A DNA stretch of 64,000 bases from Felis catus. Its lineage: Eukaryota. Shown here in pieces: positions 25,405 to 39,339 of this stretch. The notes beneath the pieces are model-generated. The model was not told the DNA's origin. It saw only the letters and a program-made list of their open reading frames with translations, and made no database searches. The DNA is taken from the NCBI RefSeq assembly GCF_018350175.1, contig NC_058383.1:21268001-21332000 (forward strand), written 5' to 3'. The translations under genes were made by a program, and so were the position numbers. Position 1 is the first letter of the stretch. Each line of letters starts with the position of its first letter.

Positions 25405-26926
25405 ACCAAAAAAATATTTTTTAATCACACAAATAAAAGAGCAGTTGTACAATAACTCGAACAATCTACACACACACACCCCTTCATTTCATTTACATTG
25501 AATCCAAATGCTAATACTTGAGTTTATTGTCTCCACTGTATTTCATGTTTTCTACGGTTGTCTGTCTTAATTTTTCCCCCTTTCCCTCTAACTTTTGTGG
25601 GATTGATCAAGTTTTCTTTGCTCAACTTTTCTACTTGTAGAGTGCCTATATCTATATATCTCCAAATATATAGAGAATACTTAGATACAAATTTAAACTT
25701 TATTTTTCTCTCCACAGGGATAGTTAATCAATGTTTATACCCTCCTTCTGATGACACCCTTAGCTTTCATTTGTCCCCCCAGCTCTCCAATCCCACTCCC
25801 CGTGTGGAAAGCATCTGGGTTTTTACTCTAAATTGTTGCCCTGTTTGCATTACCCATCAAAATTTGTACCCTTAAATGTTTGTTGTGTTATCACTGTGCC
25901 TTTTTCAGGTCCCAGATCTTCCCTTCTCTTTGAATGTCCATTTTCATTTTTGCTGATGTACATTCTGAAATAATGCTTTCAGAGAAGGACTCTCAATGAT
26001 AAAACTCCTAAATATCTGTAGAGAGGACAAATGTCTTTACTCTCCCCATACCTGACTGATAGTTTGAATACAGAATTTCAGGTTCGACACGAGTTTCTCA
26101 GAATTTCGAATTCTATTTTCTCTGAGGATCCGAGAAGTCTGATGCTAATCTAATTCTCTTTTCTCTCTTGGAAATCTCGTTTCTTCCCTTCTGGAAGTTT
26201 CAAGAATGTTCTCTTTATCTTTGGGGTACTAAAGTTCACCTAATGTGTCCTAGTGGGTTTTTATTGTTATTAGTGACCCTGCTCAGCACTCTGTACATCT
26301 GTCTTCAGCTCTAGGAGATGTTCTTCTACCGCTTCTGTTATCTGTTCCCCCTTTCATTCTCTATCCCCTTTTAGAACAGCTAGTCAATACACTGTGTAAC
26401 TGTAAGGACCATCCCCCCTTTTAATCTGTCTCTTATGCTTTGCACTTCTGGATCCTTTATTCCACGTTCTGCAAGAGTCCCTTACTTCCGGTTTTCTAAT
26501 TCAGTCTTCAGCCCTCGTATTGACTCGAGTTTTGTTTTACAATCCTACTTTAAAATTTCAGGGCCTCTGATTTCCCATTTTTTTCTTAGTGGCTTTCTAC
26601 GGTTCTGAGAGACTCCTGAATCTCTCTGAGGAACTCATACTAAGGCCAATCTTTTCTACCTTCCCTCTTTAATCCTTTCTCAGAAGTTAGTTTCACTGTT
26701 TGGTGGGTTCCATACCTCTCTTGTGATGTTGGTTTTTCTCACGTGTCTGGTGGGTTTTTTTCCCCTTGTATTTTGCAGACGAGGGTTTTGAAGGAAAATA
26801 TTTGGCAGGTAGACTAAATTTCTTCAGCTCAGGTAAGATCTCTAGTTACCTGGCGGCAAATTCAGGTTTTGATCATAAAAGCTCTCCCTCGGGTGATTTT
26901 GCAGGCTAGAGGTAGGGCAGTGACAC

Positions 26927-27413
26927 GTGGTGGCATGGTAGACTTCAAGGTGGTTCTCATGGTCCCTGCCTCTTGGCATTCAGGTCTTTTCATTACCCTA
27001 TCCCACTGGGTGTGGTGACTGACTTCCACCCAATAGGATATGACAAGGTGATGGCTCCCCTGATGATGTCACATAATGTTAAGACTCTTTCATGCTAGCA
27101 GACTCGGGGTCTTTCTTCTCTCTCTCCATTACTGGGTTTGAAGAAACAAGCTGTCATAAATAAATCCCACCGCCACAAGGAAATGAATTCTGGCAACAAC
27201 CTCAGGGACCTGGGAACAGAACCTTCCACGGTCCAGCCTCTAATAAGAAGCAAACTGTGGCTGATGACTTGATCGCAGCCTTGTGAGACCCCAGACAGAA
27301 GACCAGCTGAGCTATGCCCAGACTCTTGACCCACAGAACCGGTGAGAAACGTGTATGTGTGTTAAGCTGCTAACTTTGTACTAGTTTGTTATGCAGCAGT
27401 AGATGCCTAACAT
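26927..27413 (+). mobile_element. MaLR solo LTR (MLT1-type)
   Basis: aaggaaatgaattctggcaacaacc...gcagccttgtgagaccc...tttgttatgcagcagtagatgcctaaca. Confidence 0.75.
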
Positions 27414-27527
27414 AGTGTTTGCCCTCCCGATGTAAGGACTCCCTTCTCTTCTTGGGGAGATTGGTTAACTGGGTGTGTTAGCCCACTTCTCAATCCTCAG
27501 TGACCACTTGGAGAGTTTCCTTCTAGG

Positions 27528-27529
<2 letters not shown>

Positions 27530-27569
<40 letters not shown>
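27530..27569. repeat. (CA)n microsatellite
   Basis: Direct reading. Confidence 0.98.
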
Positions 27570-27571
<2 letters not shown>

Positions 27572-28359
27572 TAAACAGGTGTACTTTCAGCTTATCCTGG
27601 GGCTAAGCCTGGAATCAAGAGTTCCAAATCCTTTTTTGCTATACAAAACAGTCAGACTACAGCACAGTCAAATAAAAAGGAGTGGCCATTTTCATGGTTG
27701 AAAATAGATGCAAAATTCCTAGATAAAATATTAGTGAATAGGATTCAACAACACATAAAAGAATAATAAATCAGGAGCAAGTAGGATTCATTTCAGAAAT
27801 GCAAAGACAGCTTAGTATTAAGAAGATTTAAGAAATTATTCATCAGCTTCATCAGAGAATTCAGTATATGATAAGGTAACATTTCAGTTTGGTGGTTAAG
27901 TTATAAATTATTAAGTAAATGGTGTCGAGACCGCTGGCTAGCCTTTTGAGTGAATACTTCTAGATCCTCCGTTCATCTTTTATATCATAACAAATCTCAA
28001 AAGGACAAAAAAATTTTAAGTAAAAAAAAAATTACTTGAAACAAAGATGGATTTTAAAATAAATTCAGAATGGGAAATCTTTCCAACTGTGGCACAAAAT
28101 CCAGAGGCCATAAAAGAAAAGATTAAATACAGATAAATAAATTGACCTCATAAAAAAAGTTCAATGTCTGCACAGCAAAAAAATACAAACCGGTGCATCT
28201 GGTCATCTATTTTGGGAGGAAAGAGAAGGGAACTGAGGTGTAAATATATGTAAACCCAATGAGCAAAGAGACTGGCCTGGCCTAAACGGAGAGTGATGGA
28301 TACATCAGAGAAAAGGTAGGTGCATATTGGAAGTACACAGAGGCTGGTATATTCCTATC

Positions 28360-28918
28360 CATTACAGAGCATCCACCAGGGACAAAGCACTATACACTTT
28401 AGGGGACAGAATGCTCAGCCGCTTGACATCAGTCAGTATCTGTCATAAGCCACCCTAGTCCTGGCACAATGGGTGCATCCAATAACTGACCCACACACCT
28501 CGGAAGGGTCATCCACGCATCAAGACTATCTGTAGGGTCAGCTGAGGTCTCTTTTTAAAAATTTTTTTTAATGTTAATTTGTTTTTTGAAAGAGAGAAAG
28601 AATAAAAGTGGAGGAGGGGCAGAGAGAGAGGGAGACAGAATCCAAAGCAAGTTCCAGGCTCTGCGCTATCAGCACGGAGCCAGACGCGGGGCTCGAACTC
28701 ACGGACCGTGAGATCAATACCTGAGCCGACGTCGGATGCTTAACCGATTGAGCCACCCAGGCGCCCCAGCTGAGACTGCGTCTTAGCTCAATTTCTCCCT
28801 GTGCCCAATTCTGCTTTCCACCTGTCCTTCTGGTGGGTCCCATTAACGTGCTCTAAAAAAGCCCTTACCCATGACTCTGCCTCAGAATCTGCTTCCTGGG
28901 GACCCCAACATACAGCAC
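28360..28918 (+). mobile_element. ERVL LTR16-like solo LTR hosting a SINE
   Basis: 3' end ctcagaatctgcttcctggggaccccaacatacagca typical of the LTR16 group. Confidence 0.55.
28553..28767 (-). mobile_element. Can-SINE
   Basis: Reverse full length; flanks agctgag. Confidence 0.93.
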
Positions 28919-29169
28919 ACACTAATGACATTGAAGAGTAACTATTTCCACACTCTGGCCAATAGCGGGATACATATCACTCTTAATTCCTTCCAGTTTG
29001 ACATGCCAAAAGTAGTATTTCTTTGTTGCTTAAATTTGGAGGAACATAGACTCTCCCATATGCCCTATCGGCATTAAGAGTACACAGCGAAGCACATTTC
29101 AGGAGGGCAACTTGCCAAAAATAAAAATTGAACATTATGTATACCCTTTTTTAACTCGAGGTGTTTTTA

Positions 29170-29339
29170 AAGTTTTTTAATATATATTTAAAGGTAATTG
29201 TAGATTCACACAAAAGAATACAAAGAGATCCCGTGTACTCTTTACCCCAGTATCCCCAGTGAGAATATTTTGCAAAACTAGAGTCCAGTATCACAGTCGG
29301 GATATTGGCACTGAGGTTGAGATTTCCCTTCTTACTTGT

Positions 29340-29383
<44 letters not shown>

Positions 29384-30040
29384 AGTGCTATACAATTTCA
29401 CATTTGGACTCACCTATCCCCATTAGGATTCACCACCACAATGAAGATACACTGCACAGTTCCATCACCACAAGGATCATCTCTGTTGCCTTTTTTGACC
29501 CACCCTACCTCCCCCCATGACTCTCCACATCCTATCCCACCCCATCCCCTGGCAATCGCTGAGCTGTCTTCCATTTCTAAATTGTGTCACTTACAAATGT
29601 TATATATAAAGGGAATTTCATAGCATGTAACCTTTTGGGATTGGCTTTTTTCACCCAACATAATTCCTTAGTTTCTTCCCAGTTGTGTAGTCTATTCATT
29701 TTTTTTAATTTTTAAATTTTTCTAATTAAAAAATTGTTTAATGTTTATTTATTCTGAGGGAGAGAGAGAGAGACGGAGTGTGAGCAGGGGAAGGGCAGAG
29801 AGATAGGGAAACGCAGAATCTGAAGCAGGCTCCAGGCTCCGCGCTGTCAGCGCGGGGCTCAAACTCATGAACTGCAAGGATCATGACCAGAGCCGAGGCG
29901 GACACTTAACCAACTGAGCCACCCAGGCGCCCCTGTATCCTGTTCCTTTTTATCGCTGGGGTGTATTCCATGGCTTGGAATGCAAAGCAAACCAGAATGT
30001 GCTTACCCATTCACTTGCTGAAAGACATCTGGGCTGTTTT
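29170..30040 (-). mobile_element. L1MB-like 3' region with (TG)n (29342-29381) and a Can-SINE (about 29700-29933, minus strand)
   Basis: aattgtagattcaca...tttacccc, ccctggcaatc...ccatttcta; SINE head gccacccaggcgcccc. Confidence 0.75.
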
Positions 30041-30499
30041 TAATCTAGCAATTCAAGATCTAGACATCTAACCCTCAAATACAATGACTCAAAGGCAAAG
30101 AAGTGTTTACAGTATTCCTCCACCCTCCCCCGCCCCCCACACACCTTGCAAATTGGAAGAAATCAACATTCATCAGTAGGGACCTACTTAAACAAACTGC
30201 ATTAATTCACCTAATGTATGTGTGCCCATACAGAGATATTCCATGTATATAATCGAGTTACAGAAGAGGAAATATATTATGCTCCTTATGTGGTTTGGGT
30301 TTGTGTGTTTGTTTTTTAAGTGTCACTGACAGCAAAGAGGGCAGAGAGAACTTTGTGCTCATGTTTCAGTTAATGCCATTCTGTAGATTCTATATTCCTG
30401 TCCAGTATTTATCTCCTCACATTTATTTCATCCTGTTGCCTTGGGTAGGCCCTCAGTAGCATTGTAATCATTGGTAGTTAAAGCAGGCATTGGTGTGTT

Positions 30500-32010
30500 G
30501 CTTCTTACTTTAATGACAATGTTTCTAAAGATTCACCACTAAGTGTCACATTTGCTGTATATTAGCTCAGGGAATATAGTCGATGGTATTGTAACAGCAT
30601 TGCATGGGAACAGATGGTAGCCCCATCGCATAATGTATACAGTTGTCAAGTCACAATGTTGTACTAACGTAACATTGCGTGTCATTTACACTTCAATAAA
30701 AAAATATTTGCTGTATATTTATGGTAGACACCCTTTATGACTATTTCTATTTCTATCTAGAAAGGATGTTGCATTTTAGCAACCGTCTCCCCAGTACCCA
30801 TGGAATGGTTTCCCCCCTTTAATCCCTAAATACAGTAAGGTACATTGATATCTCCATTGATTCCCCAACTTGAATTTCTCAGATAAATCCTACTTGATCA
30901 AGATCTATTATTCTTTTAATACACGACTAGATTCAATTATCTGGTATTATTTAGAGTTCTGGCCTCTACATTCATAAGTGAGATTAGCCTGTAATTGTAG
31001 TTTCTTGTCTTGAAATCAGAAATAAACTAGCCTTACAAAATAAGATTGGTGGGTCCCTGTGTTTTTCTAAGCTCTGAAATATAAGATGTGAGCGAGCTCC
31101 CCTCCGAGATTTGGTAGAACTTGACTTATAACTACAAAAGGCTTGAGTATTGAGGGAGGGAGGGGCATATTGGTAGATGGGCCTTTAACCACCATTTCTA
31201 TTTTTTGTAAGTGTTTTCTATTGGCTTTCTTGGACCAGTTTTTGGTAACTTATAATTTCCTTGACATTTGTGTCCATTTTATCTAGGTTTTCAAATGGAT
31301 TGGTATGAAGTTATATAGCTGGATCATATCATTCATACATTTATTATGTGAATTTGCTATGTATGCTCTATTACATCTTTTAAAAAATCTTTTTAAAGAA
31401 AGGAAGGGAAAAGGGGGCCTAACAATTTAAACCACGTGGATAATTCCTCTTGTTATTCCAGTTAAAGAAGTTATGCCTCACACGAGCAAGACGTGACTGC
31501 TATCCGCGCAGTCAGTCCGTTTCTACCTTTGAGCATCTCGCTCTGAGGGTAATTCAATAGTTTAAAGACATTTTTCATATAAGTCAGCCATGAACCAAAA
31601 AAATAACGATAGAGGATTCAAAGCCGAAGAAAAATCGTTAGATTTTTGCAAGAGCATATCTACCTCCAACATCAGCCCAGCTTACAAAAGAATTTCTCCG
31701 GCAACTTTCCTTATTTGCGGTTCTTACCTCACCCTCTGACTTCAGCTAGGATGCTGCACGAAGAAGTCTCCTAATTTTAAGAATCTCCTCTGTGTCCGTG
31801 CCCTCTCGTCCTGCATCATACCACGTTGTGTCTTCTCTCTTTGCCTTCATCATACGTGCAGGAAGTTGGTATGTGCATATCATTCTTTCAGAACCTCCAG
31901 CTTTGGGTTTTATTGATCATCTCAACTATTGTTCCTTGTTTGTTTGTTTCATTTATTTCTGCTTTTATTTTTATTAACTTGATCCATCCATTTTATTTGA
32001 GCTTATTTCA
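30500..32010 (-). mobile_element. Ancient L1M ORF2 fragment (antisense), interrupted twice
   Basis: ttcataagtgagattagcctgtaatt, tttggtagaac, tccattttatctaggttttcaaat, ccagctttgggttttattgat. Confidence 0.7.
30564..30705 (+). mobile_element. Short L1 3'-end insertion
   Basis: gggaatatagtcgat...cttcaataaaaaaa; perfect 14-bp TSD atttgctgtatatt at 30550-30563 and 30706-30719. Confidence 0.85.
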
Positions 32011-32098
32011 TGCCTGTTTTCTTGTCCCCTGTTGCTGGAGTTCGTCTGGGATTTCAAAATGGAAATGAAGCAGTCCTTAATAAAAAATAATAATAACA

Positions 32099-32482
32099 GA
32101 GCACCTGGGTGGCTCAGTCGGTTAAGTGTCCAACTTCGGCTCAGGTCACGATCTCACGGTCTGTGAGTTCGAGCCCCACGTCGGGCTCTGCGCTGACATC
32201 TCAGAGCCTGGAGCCTGCTTTGGATTCTGTGTCTCCCTCTCTTTCTGCCCCCCTCCCCGCTTGCACTCTTTCTCTCTCTCAAAAATAACTAAACATTAAA
32301 AAAATTAAGTTTAAATAATAATAATAGTAAGGAGTTGGGGGGGGAGTAGGCGTGCCTGGGTGACTCAGTCGGTTAAGCGTCCAACTCTTGATCTCAGCTC
32401 AGGTCTTGATCTCAGGGTCTTGAGTTCAAGCCCCGGGTTGGGGGCTCCAACCCGAGAACATACATTAAAAAAAAAAAAAAAA
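32099..32482 (+). mobile_element. Two tandem Can-SINEs (full, about 32099-32310; short, about 32349-32482)
   Basis: Two cctgggtg(g/a)ctcagtcggttaag heads, each with an A tail. Confidence 0.9.
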
Positions 32483-34419
32483 GTACGTGCAATTCTGAAC
32501 CAGCAATTTCACATCTCTGCATCTGCACTAGAGAACAATTCACACATTTGTCCCAAGATGCTATATAAGAATTATCTCTTCACGTTATTGTTTATAACAA
32601 AAAGGAAGAGCCTAAAAGCACATCGATAGGAATATAACTTACTAACCCATGCTATACTGAAATAGAATAGTACACAGCAGAGAAAAAGAGAAAAGTAGAG
32701 CTTCATGAATGCTGCCTTGTCTCTTTTTCTGTCCAAACAGCTATCCAGTTGCCTTTAAGCCACTTACTGAAGAGTCTCTTCTCTCACCACCTGGACATGC
32801 TATCCTGGTAACATACTAAATCCTCATCCGTTCCTGGATCCGTATTTCCACACTTTATTCCATGCCATCGAGCTATCAGTGCACCCCCTCGGTCTATGTT
32901 CTGCTGTTATAAATTTTGTTGTTTGATAATGTATTTTAATATATAATGGAGAAGGTTACTTCTCATTACTCTTCTTCTAGAGAATGTCCCTGGTAATCAC
33001 TACCAGTTCTGAAAAAAAAAATGCTATTGAAATTTTGATTGAAATTGCATTGAATTTATAGATTTATCTAGTGAAAATTGACATCTCTACAATTTTGAGT
33101 CTTCCTATTCAAGTGCAAGGTTTGACACTCCATTGATTCAAATCTTCTTTTATGGCCCTCAATAGAGGTTTATAGTTTTATTCATATAGATCCTTCACAA
33201 TGCTTGTTAAGTTTATCCCTAGATATTTATGGCTATTGTCTCACAAGAATATGGAATTCAGTATCTCCAAAACTGAACTTTTAATCTACCTCGTCACATT
33301 CTGTTCCTTTGCCAGATCCTCCCCGGTGCAATTGGGGCACCTGTATTCACCTGGTGCCGTTGTCCAGCACCTGAGTCATTCCTGAGTTCTCCTTCGACCT
33401 CACGTCCAACTCCTGACCAAATCTAAGGATACCATATCTCAACGCCTTGACCTCTCCTCACCTACACTATCAGTCTCCTTGTCCACGCCAAGCCACCATC
33501 TTAACTCATTACAATAACGCGATAACTATTTTATGTTCTCTCTTCTTCTTCCGTTCTTTACACAGCAGCATTTTTTTAAAAGGTAAATTGACCAAATCAC
33601 TCTTGTGCTTGAAAGCCCCAGTGGCCTTGCATTGCACTTAGATGCAATTCAACGTCCTTAGCAAGGCCAACAAGGCTGTAAACGATCTGGCCCGTACCTA
33701 TCAATCACTTCAACCTTAAATATCCCACCACTGTCCTCATTCGTGACACCCAAGCCCCAGTGGACTTACCTCGGTTTTTGAAATTACTGATGGTGGTTAA
33801 TTAGGTCATCATGTCTATTTCTTCACTTCCTCCCTGTAATAGAATTAGACGTCTTAGTCTCATTGTTATTGGAATCGGCCATGTGATTTGCTTTAGCCAA
33901 CACAATGTAAGTAAACAGTGCAAACAGAGGCTTTAAATGGGCAGGCACAGTTTGGCTTGGATTTCTGTCATCTGGCAGGAGAGCACTCTAATTAGCTGCT
34001 GGTCTCACATGGAGACATGAGTAGAACAGACCTGGGCCCACCCTGTATGCAAAACTAGCATTCACCAGCGATAGACACTCTTAAGCAGAACAATAGGTAT
34101 TTATTTTTTTAGGCCACTAAGACCTGGGAGCTATTTGTTACACAGCATTCATCACAGCAATAGCTAACTAATGCACCAGTTCTCTCCTACCTCCGCGACT
34201 TTGTTTAATGTATGTCCACTTCTCTAGACTGTAAGTTTCATGAGGGTTAAATCTGTGCCTATTCTGTGTCCCTCTATATCGCCAGAGCCTGGCATAATAC
34301 TCATTATGTGGTAGTGGCTAAATAAATGTTCATGAAAAATAACTATGGTAAACTTTTCATGGTAAATACTATCTCTGATTTTATTAAACTTTGCAACATT
34401 GCTTAGGTATATAATTGCT

Positions 34420-34877
34420 TTTTAAAAAATTAAAAAAAAATTTTTTTTTTCAACGTTTATTTATTTTTGGGACAGAGAGAGACAGAGCATGAACGGGGGA
34501 GGGGCAGAGAGAGAGGGAGACACAGAATTGGAAACAGGCTCCAGGCTCTGAGCCATCAGCCCAGAGCCCAACGCGGGGCTCGAACTCACGGACCGCGAGA
34601 TCGTGACCTGGCTGAAGTCGGATGCTTAACCGACTGCACCACCCAGGCGCCCCTTAAAAAATTTTTTTAAATGTGTGTTTATTTTCGAGAGAGAGTGAAA
34701 CAGAGTGTGAGTGGGGGAGGGGCAGAGAGAGAGGGAGACACAGAATCGGAAGCAGGCTCCAGGCTCTGAGCTGTCAGCACAGAGCCCGACGCGGGGCTCA
34801 AACTCATTGACCTTGAGATCATGACCTGAGCTGAAATCGATCGCCCAACTGACTGAGCCACTCGGGGGGGCCCCCCC
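34420..34877 (-). mobile_element. Young Can-SINE (to 34653) inserted at the tail of an older Can-SINE (34654-34877)
   Basis: Two reverse heads; outer flanks aggt(a/g)tataattg. Confidence 0.93.
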
Positions 34878-34996
34878 AGGTGTATAATTGTTGTTAACTG
34901 CTCTGTTGCCGGTCATTTCACTGAGCTCTCCTATTCTTACTAATTATCTTCCAGTTGATTCTTTTGGGTTGTCTATAACCAAAAGCGTATCATCTG

Positions 34997-35359
34997 CGGT
35001 GGCAGTCTGTTAAACTGTGATGCCGACAAACCACGCCTCTTGGTATTCACATCCTTGTGTAGTCCCTTGCCATTGATTCTGCACTGGGCCTGTGACTTCC
35101 TTTTAATCCATGGACTGCAGTGGAGATGGCACTCCACTGTGCCAAGAATTAAGGAGGCCTAGAAAGTTCCACTGTTGTGCTTTTGTGAGTCTGGATCTAC
35201 CCTGTACGAAGTCTGGTTCCCCTGCTGGAGGGACCACATGGAAAGAGAGAGGAGAAAGAACCACTCCAACTGGCAGAATCTTGAGCAAATAAAAGGGTTG
35301 TTATCTTAAGCCACAGAGTCTTGGTGTGGTTTGTTACACATCAATAAATAATTGAAACA
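34997..35359 (+). mobile_element. MaLR MLT1-type LTR
   Basis: ctcttggtattcacatccttgtgtagtcc...gggttgttatcttaagccac...tttgttacacatcaataaataattgaaaca. Confidence 0.7.
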
Positions 35360-35389
35360 TCTGTAAATAACAACGTTGGTGGGGGGGTG

Positions 35390-35438
<49 letters not shown>

Positions 35439-35439
35439 A

Positions 35440-35670
35440 CAGAATGTTAACTATAGAGAACAAACTGACGGTTCTGAGAAGGGAGGTGGGTGGGGAGATG
35501 GGTGAAACCGATGCTAGGGATTAAGGAGTGCACCTGCTGTGATGAACACCCAGTGTATGACCGTGTTGAATCTCTAAACAGTACACCTGAGACGAAGGTC
35601 ATACTGTATGTTAACTAACTGGAATTAAAACAAAAACTTCAAAAAAAAAATAGATTTGAATTTAAAAACA
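35440..35670 (+). mobile_element. Carnivore L1 3' UTR fragment preceded by (AG)n
   Basis: agagaacaaactgacgg...gtacacctgag...tgtatgttaactaactggaatt. Confidence 0.8.
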
Positions 35671-38157
35671 ACAACAGGTTCGTGTCCTGAATTGAAACTA
35701 TCATGCTACTCTACACTCCTGTCTAAGTGCGTTGGCTGCTTCTTTGATCCTATTTTGTAATCCATCTGAAAAACATTATGAGTCTTAGTATTTGCTAAAG
35801 AACGTAAAATTTGGGGAAAAGTCATCAAAATACTCATATCGGTTATTTCCTGAGCATGATATGATGGGAGGAGGGACTTTCAATTGCCACTGTATGTTTC
35901 TGTTATGTTTAAATTTTATATATAACATTTATTACCTATATACTAAAAAGATATTAATAGTGGTGACTGTAGGTGTCATTTTTTTTCCCCTTCCCTTTCA
36001 TGTTTTGCTGTGAAGAAAAACGACTTTTTTTGCTATGTGTATAAAGGTGTGTGAATTTTACATATTTTGTCATGTTGGGTACATGTCCATTTTTGTAATG
36101 TAACCAAATGTTTAATATCAGCATTGGACTTTGAAATTTACTAAATGTGTTTTTGCATTTGTCTGAATTGTATGGTTTTTCTCCCTTGATTTATTAACAT
36201 GGTAATTTAGATAACCTAATATTGAATCATCCTTGCATTATTGATTCTCCGGGTAAAAGAACATTCCTCTTTATGCAGTAGGGGGTCTGCCACAGGTGGA
36301 TCCCATGAGGAAGGATTAGGGCTTGAGCGAGAAGCAAATCAGTGCCTCCAGGCGCTTCCAGATGGCCCAATAGATAAGGAGTCCCCTTGCCCAGAATGCA
36401 AGCATCTTCCGCATTCTTTCAGGAAAACTCAGTTGTCCTTATGTATTCCCACGACAAATCCCCTGTGATCATAATCCACTTTCACTGCCTGAGCCAGTGA
36501 TTTTCAGTTGCACTGGAAGACCCACACCGATCAATCCAGACAACCAAACAGTTGAGGCAAACAGCATGAAAGAGAGGTAGGAGGCTGAGTAAAAGAGAAA
36601 CTAACACCAAATGAAGTAAAGTTAACACGGGAATCCAAAGAGAACTCGGACGTAAGTATAGTTAATGAATGTACTAAGAGCTATTTAAGTCGATGTCACA
36701 TTCTTAAATCAAAATTAGGCTGCCAACCATAAAAATAAGCAGAACTCTTGGAAATTTAAATAATGGCTTGCTAAAATTAAAAACTCGGCATCAAAGCTGA
36801 ATAACAGGACAAACACATACGAAGACCAATTTAGGAATCTGCAAAACCAAAATAGTTGATTCTCCAGAGAGCAGTGCTAAAGTAAAAGAAAGGATTTTTT
36901 TCTATACCTGACACTCTCCCTCCTTCCACTGCTGCTCTGGAAAATTTGGAAGCAATCTGATGAGTGGGACAAGAGGAGAAGTCTGAACCAGGGGGAGAAA
37001 AAGATCCCTGCTTTCTGCTTCCCCAGTGTAGACTGCCAGCCCAAGCATGGCCCAGGCTTTCACTCTCCTTGCAAAAATCTTTCGGCTGAATTTGAAGTAT
37101 TGCATGGGACGTATTTGCTGAAATAAAACTTTTCGTCGGCTTGAGATGAGTGGAGACCTGATTAACAATGACCTGGAACTTCGTGGGGCTTCTCTGGGAT
37201 TTCCCTCAGGGCTATGGAATGGATTTGAACAGACAGTGGAAAATAAAAGCCAAATTGCTGAGTGATTATCTCCAGAGTCCTGCTGGTCCTGCCTAATGCG
37301 CCTAATGCGGCCATGTGGTCCTCAAACTGCAGAGCACATCAGACACTCCAGGGAAGCTTCTTAAAAATAGATCTGGACGCCCCAAACCACAGTCAGTCCC
37401 TCCCTCAAGGTGGGGTCCCAGCAATCAGCATTTTAAACAAGGCCTTCCCCTTGGAGGATTCTGATCAAGTTAACCTGCTTGCCACGCATTAAATAATAAT
37501 ACTCTTCAAACCCACCGCTCAACGCACAATCGCTTTCCTCTGTGCCTTAATGCAAGCTCTTCAATTTCTCTTAAAAGTCTCTGCCTCCACTTTATGGCCT
37601 AAAGTGCCATTTCTTTGCAAAGCCGTCTCGGATTCCCTTCTAAACTCCCATTTTCTTCCCTCCCTTGAGCTCTTGTAGCCTCTCTTATATTTTAGCATTC
37701 CAGTTAAAAGCTTTGGAGTAAAACAGACCAAGGTTTGGGTCCCGGCTTTGCCACTTATTAGCTGTGTGACCTTCACCAAATCATCTGAAGTCTCTAAGCT
37801 TCCCTTTGCTCACCTGTAAGATGAGAATGGTGCCGGTGGAATGATAGGATGTCTGGAATTTTCCTTTTTCATAACTCAGATGGGGGAAGTGAGCAGGGAG
37901 ATGAACAAATCAAACAATTATCATCCATCGGTTGATAATGATTGAGGTTGGATGACAGGTACCTAGGAGTTTGTTGTATCATTGCGTCTATCTTGTGTAT
38001 GTTTGAAATATCCATAATAAAAGGAAAAATTCATTTAAAAACATGAATGCCCCATCAGGAAAAAAAAAAAAACTGTATAATCAAAAGGAACTGTTGATAA
38101 TCCATGAAAAAGATGCAGGCAAATGATTTTAAATGTTGGTCTTTCTAATAATTTTTT

Positions 38158-38386
38158 AAAAATATTTTAACATTTACTCATTTTTGAGAGACAGAGAGAG
38201 ACAGAACGTGAGCAGGGGAGGAGTAGAGAGAGAGGGAGACCCAGAATCCGAAGCAGGCTTCAGGCTCTGAGCTGTCAGCACAGAGCCTGACGGGGGGGGG
38301 GGGGGGGGGGGCTCAAACCCATGAACTGTGAGATCGTGACCTGAGCTGAAGTGGGCACTTAACCGACTGAGCCACCCAGGGGCCCC
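38158..38386 (-). mobile_element. Can-SINE containing a G20 run
   Basis: Reverse full length; TSD tggtctttctaa(t/c)aatttttta. Confidence 0.93.
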
Positions 38387-39339
38387 ATGGTCTTTCTAAC
38401 AATTTTTTAATGTAAATGTTATAAAGATGATATCTCTTACATAATAACCAAATTATATTAAGTAAAATAATGGACATTAAGTCCCTATCACAGTATCTAC
38501 CACATAATTCTCAGTAATTGTTACTTTCCTCTCTTCTTTCCATCGAGGTGATTTGTGTGTACACGTTACGTCCCCTCCCTGAGCTACACTGGGAACAGCG
38601 AAGAGAAGAAACCGTTTCGGTCTCCAAAGTGCCCACAATGCCTCCTACATGCACTTGGCCCAAACTAGGTACCCAGTAAATATTTGTGGAATGGGTCTCA
38701 TTTATTTAACAACCATTTGCACGACACATACTGGGTGATTGGCGCTATTCTAAGCACTTTATAAATATAAATCTGTTCCATCAAGGACTAGCCCAATGAG
38801 GCCCTCTGTGCTAAAGATGAGAAGCCAGAAACAGCTAGATGAGTACCATGCCCAGGATAATACAAGAAGCAGCAGCAGGGTGGAGATCCGAATTTGGGCG
38901 TGCCCTTGACGCAGTCCCCTCGCTTGATAATGGCCGTGCTGTCCGTTGTGAATGTTGCCCTCGCCACCACCCCCAGCTTGTGTTGCGGGAGCCACAGCCT
39001 GTCTGCCTTGTGAATGAGAGCAGGGACTTGGCTTCCCAGAGTGGAGCCTTTGGGAAGGAGTTTCTGTCCACGGGTCCTGAAATGGCAAGTTCCAAAGCAG
39101 CAGCCGGGCAGGAGGAGGGAGAGCCCCACGGGCTGGAAAGAGAACATCACACACAAGAAATCCAAAGGAGCCAGAGGTGAGAACTGAGTCCCGGCTGCAG
39201 AACAGGTTAAGAGTTCAAACCAGGAACAAGGAAGGGAGAAGAAAGCAAATGCTGGGGTTAAGAGGTCAGAAAAGAAGGAGGGGGAGGGGAGGGGGAGGAG
39301 GAAAAGAAGATCAGTAGCAGGGGTGTGAACATCTGGGTG

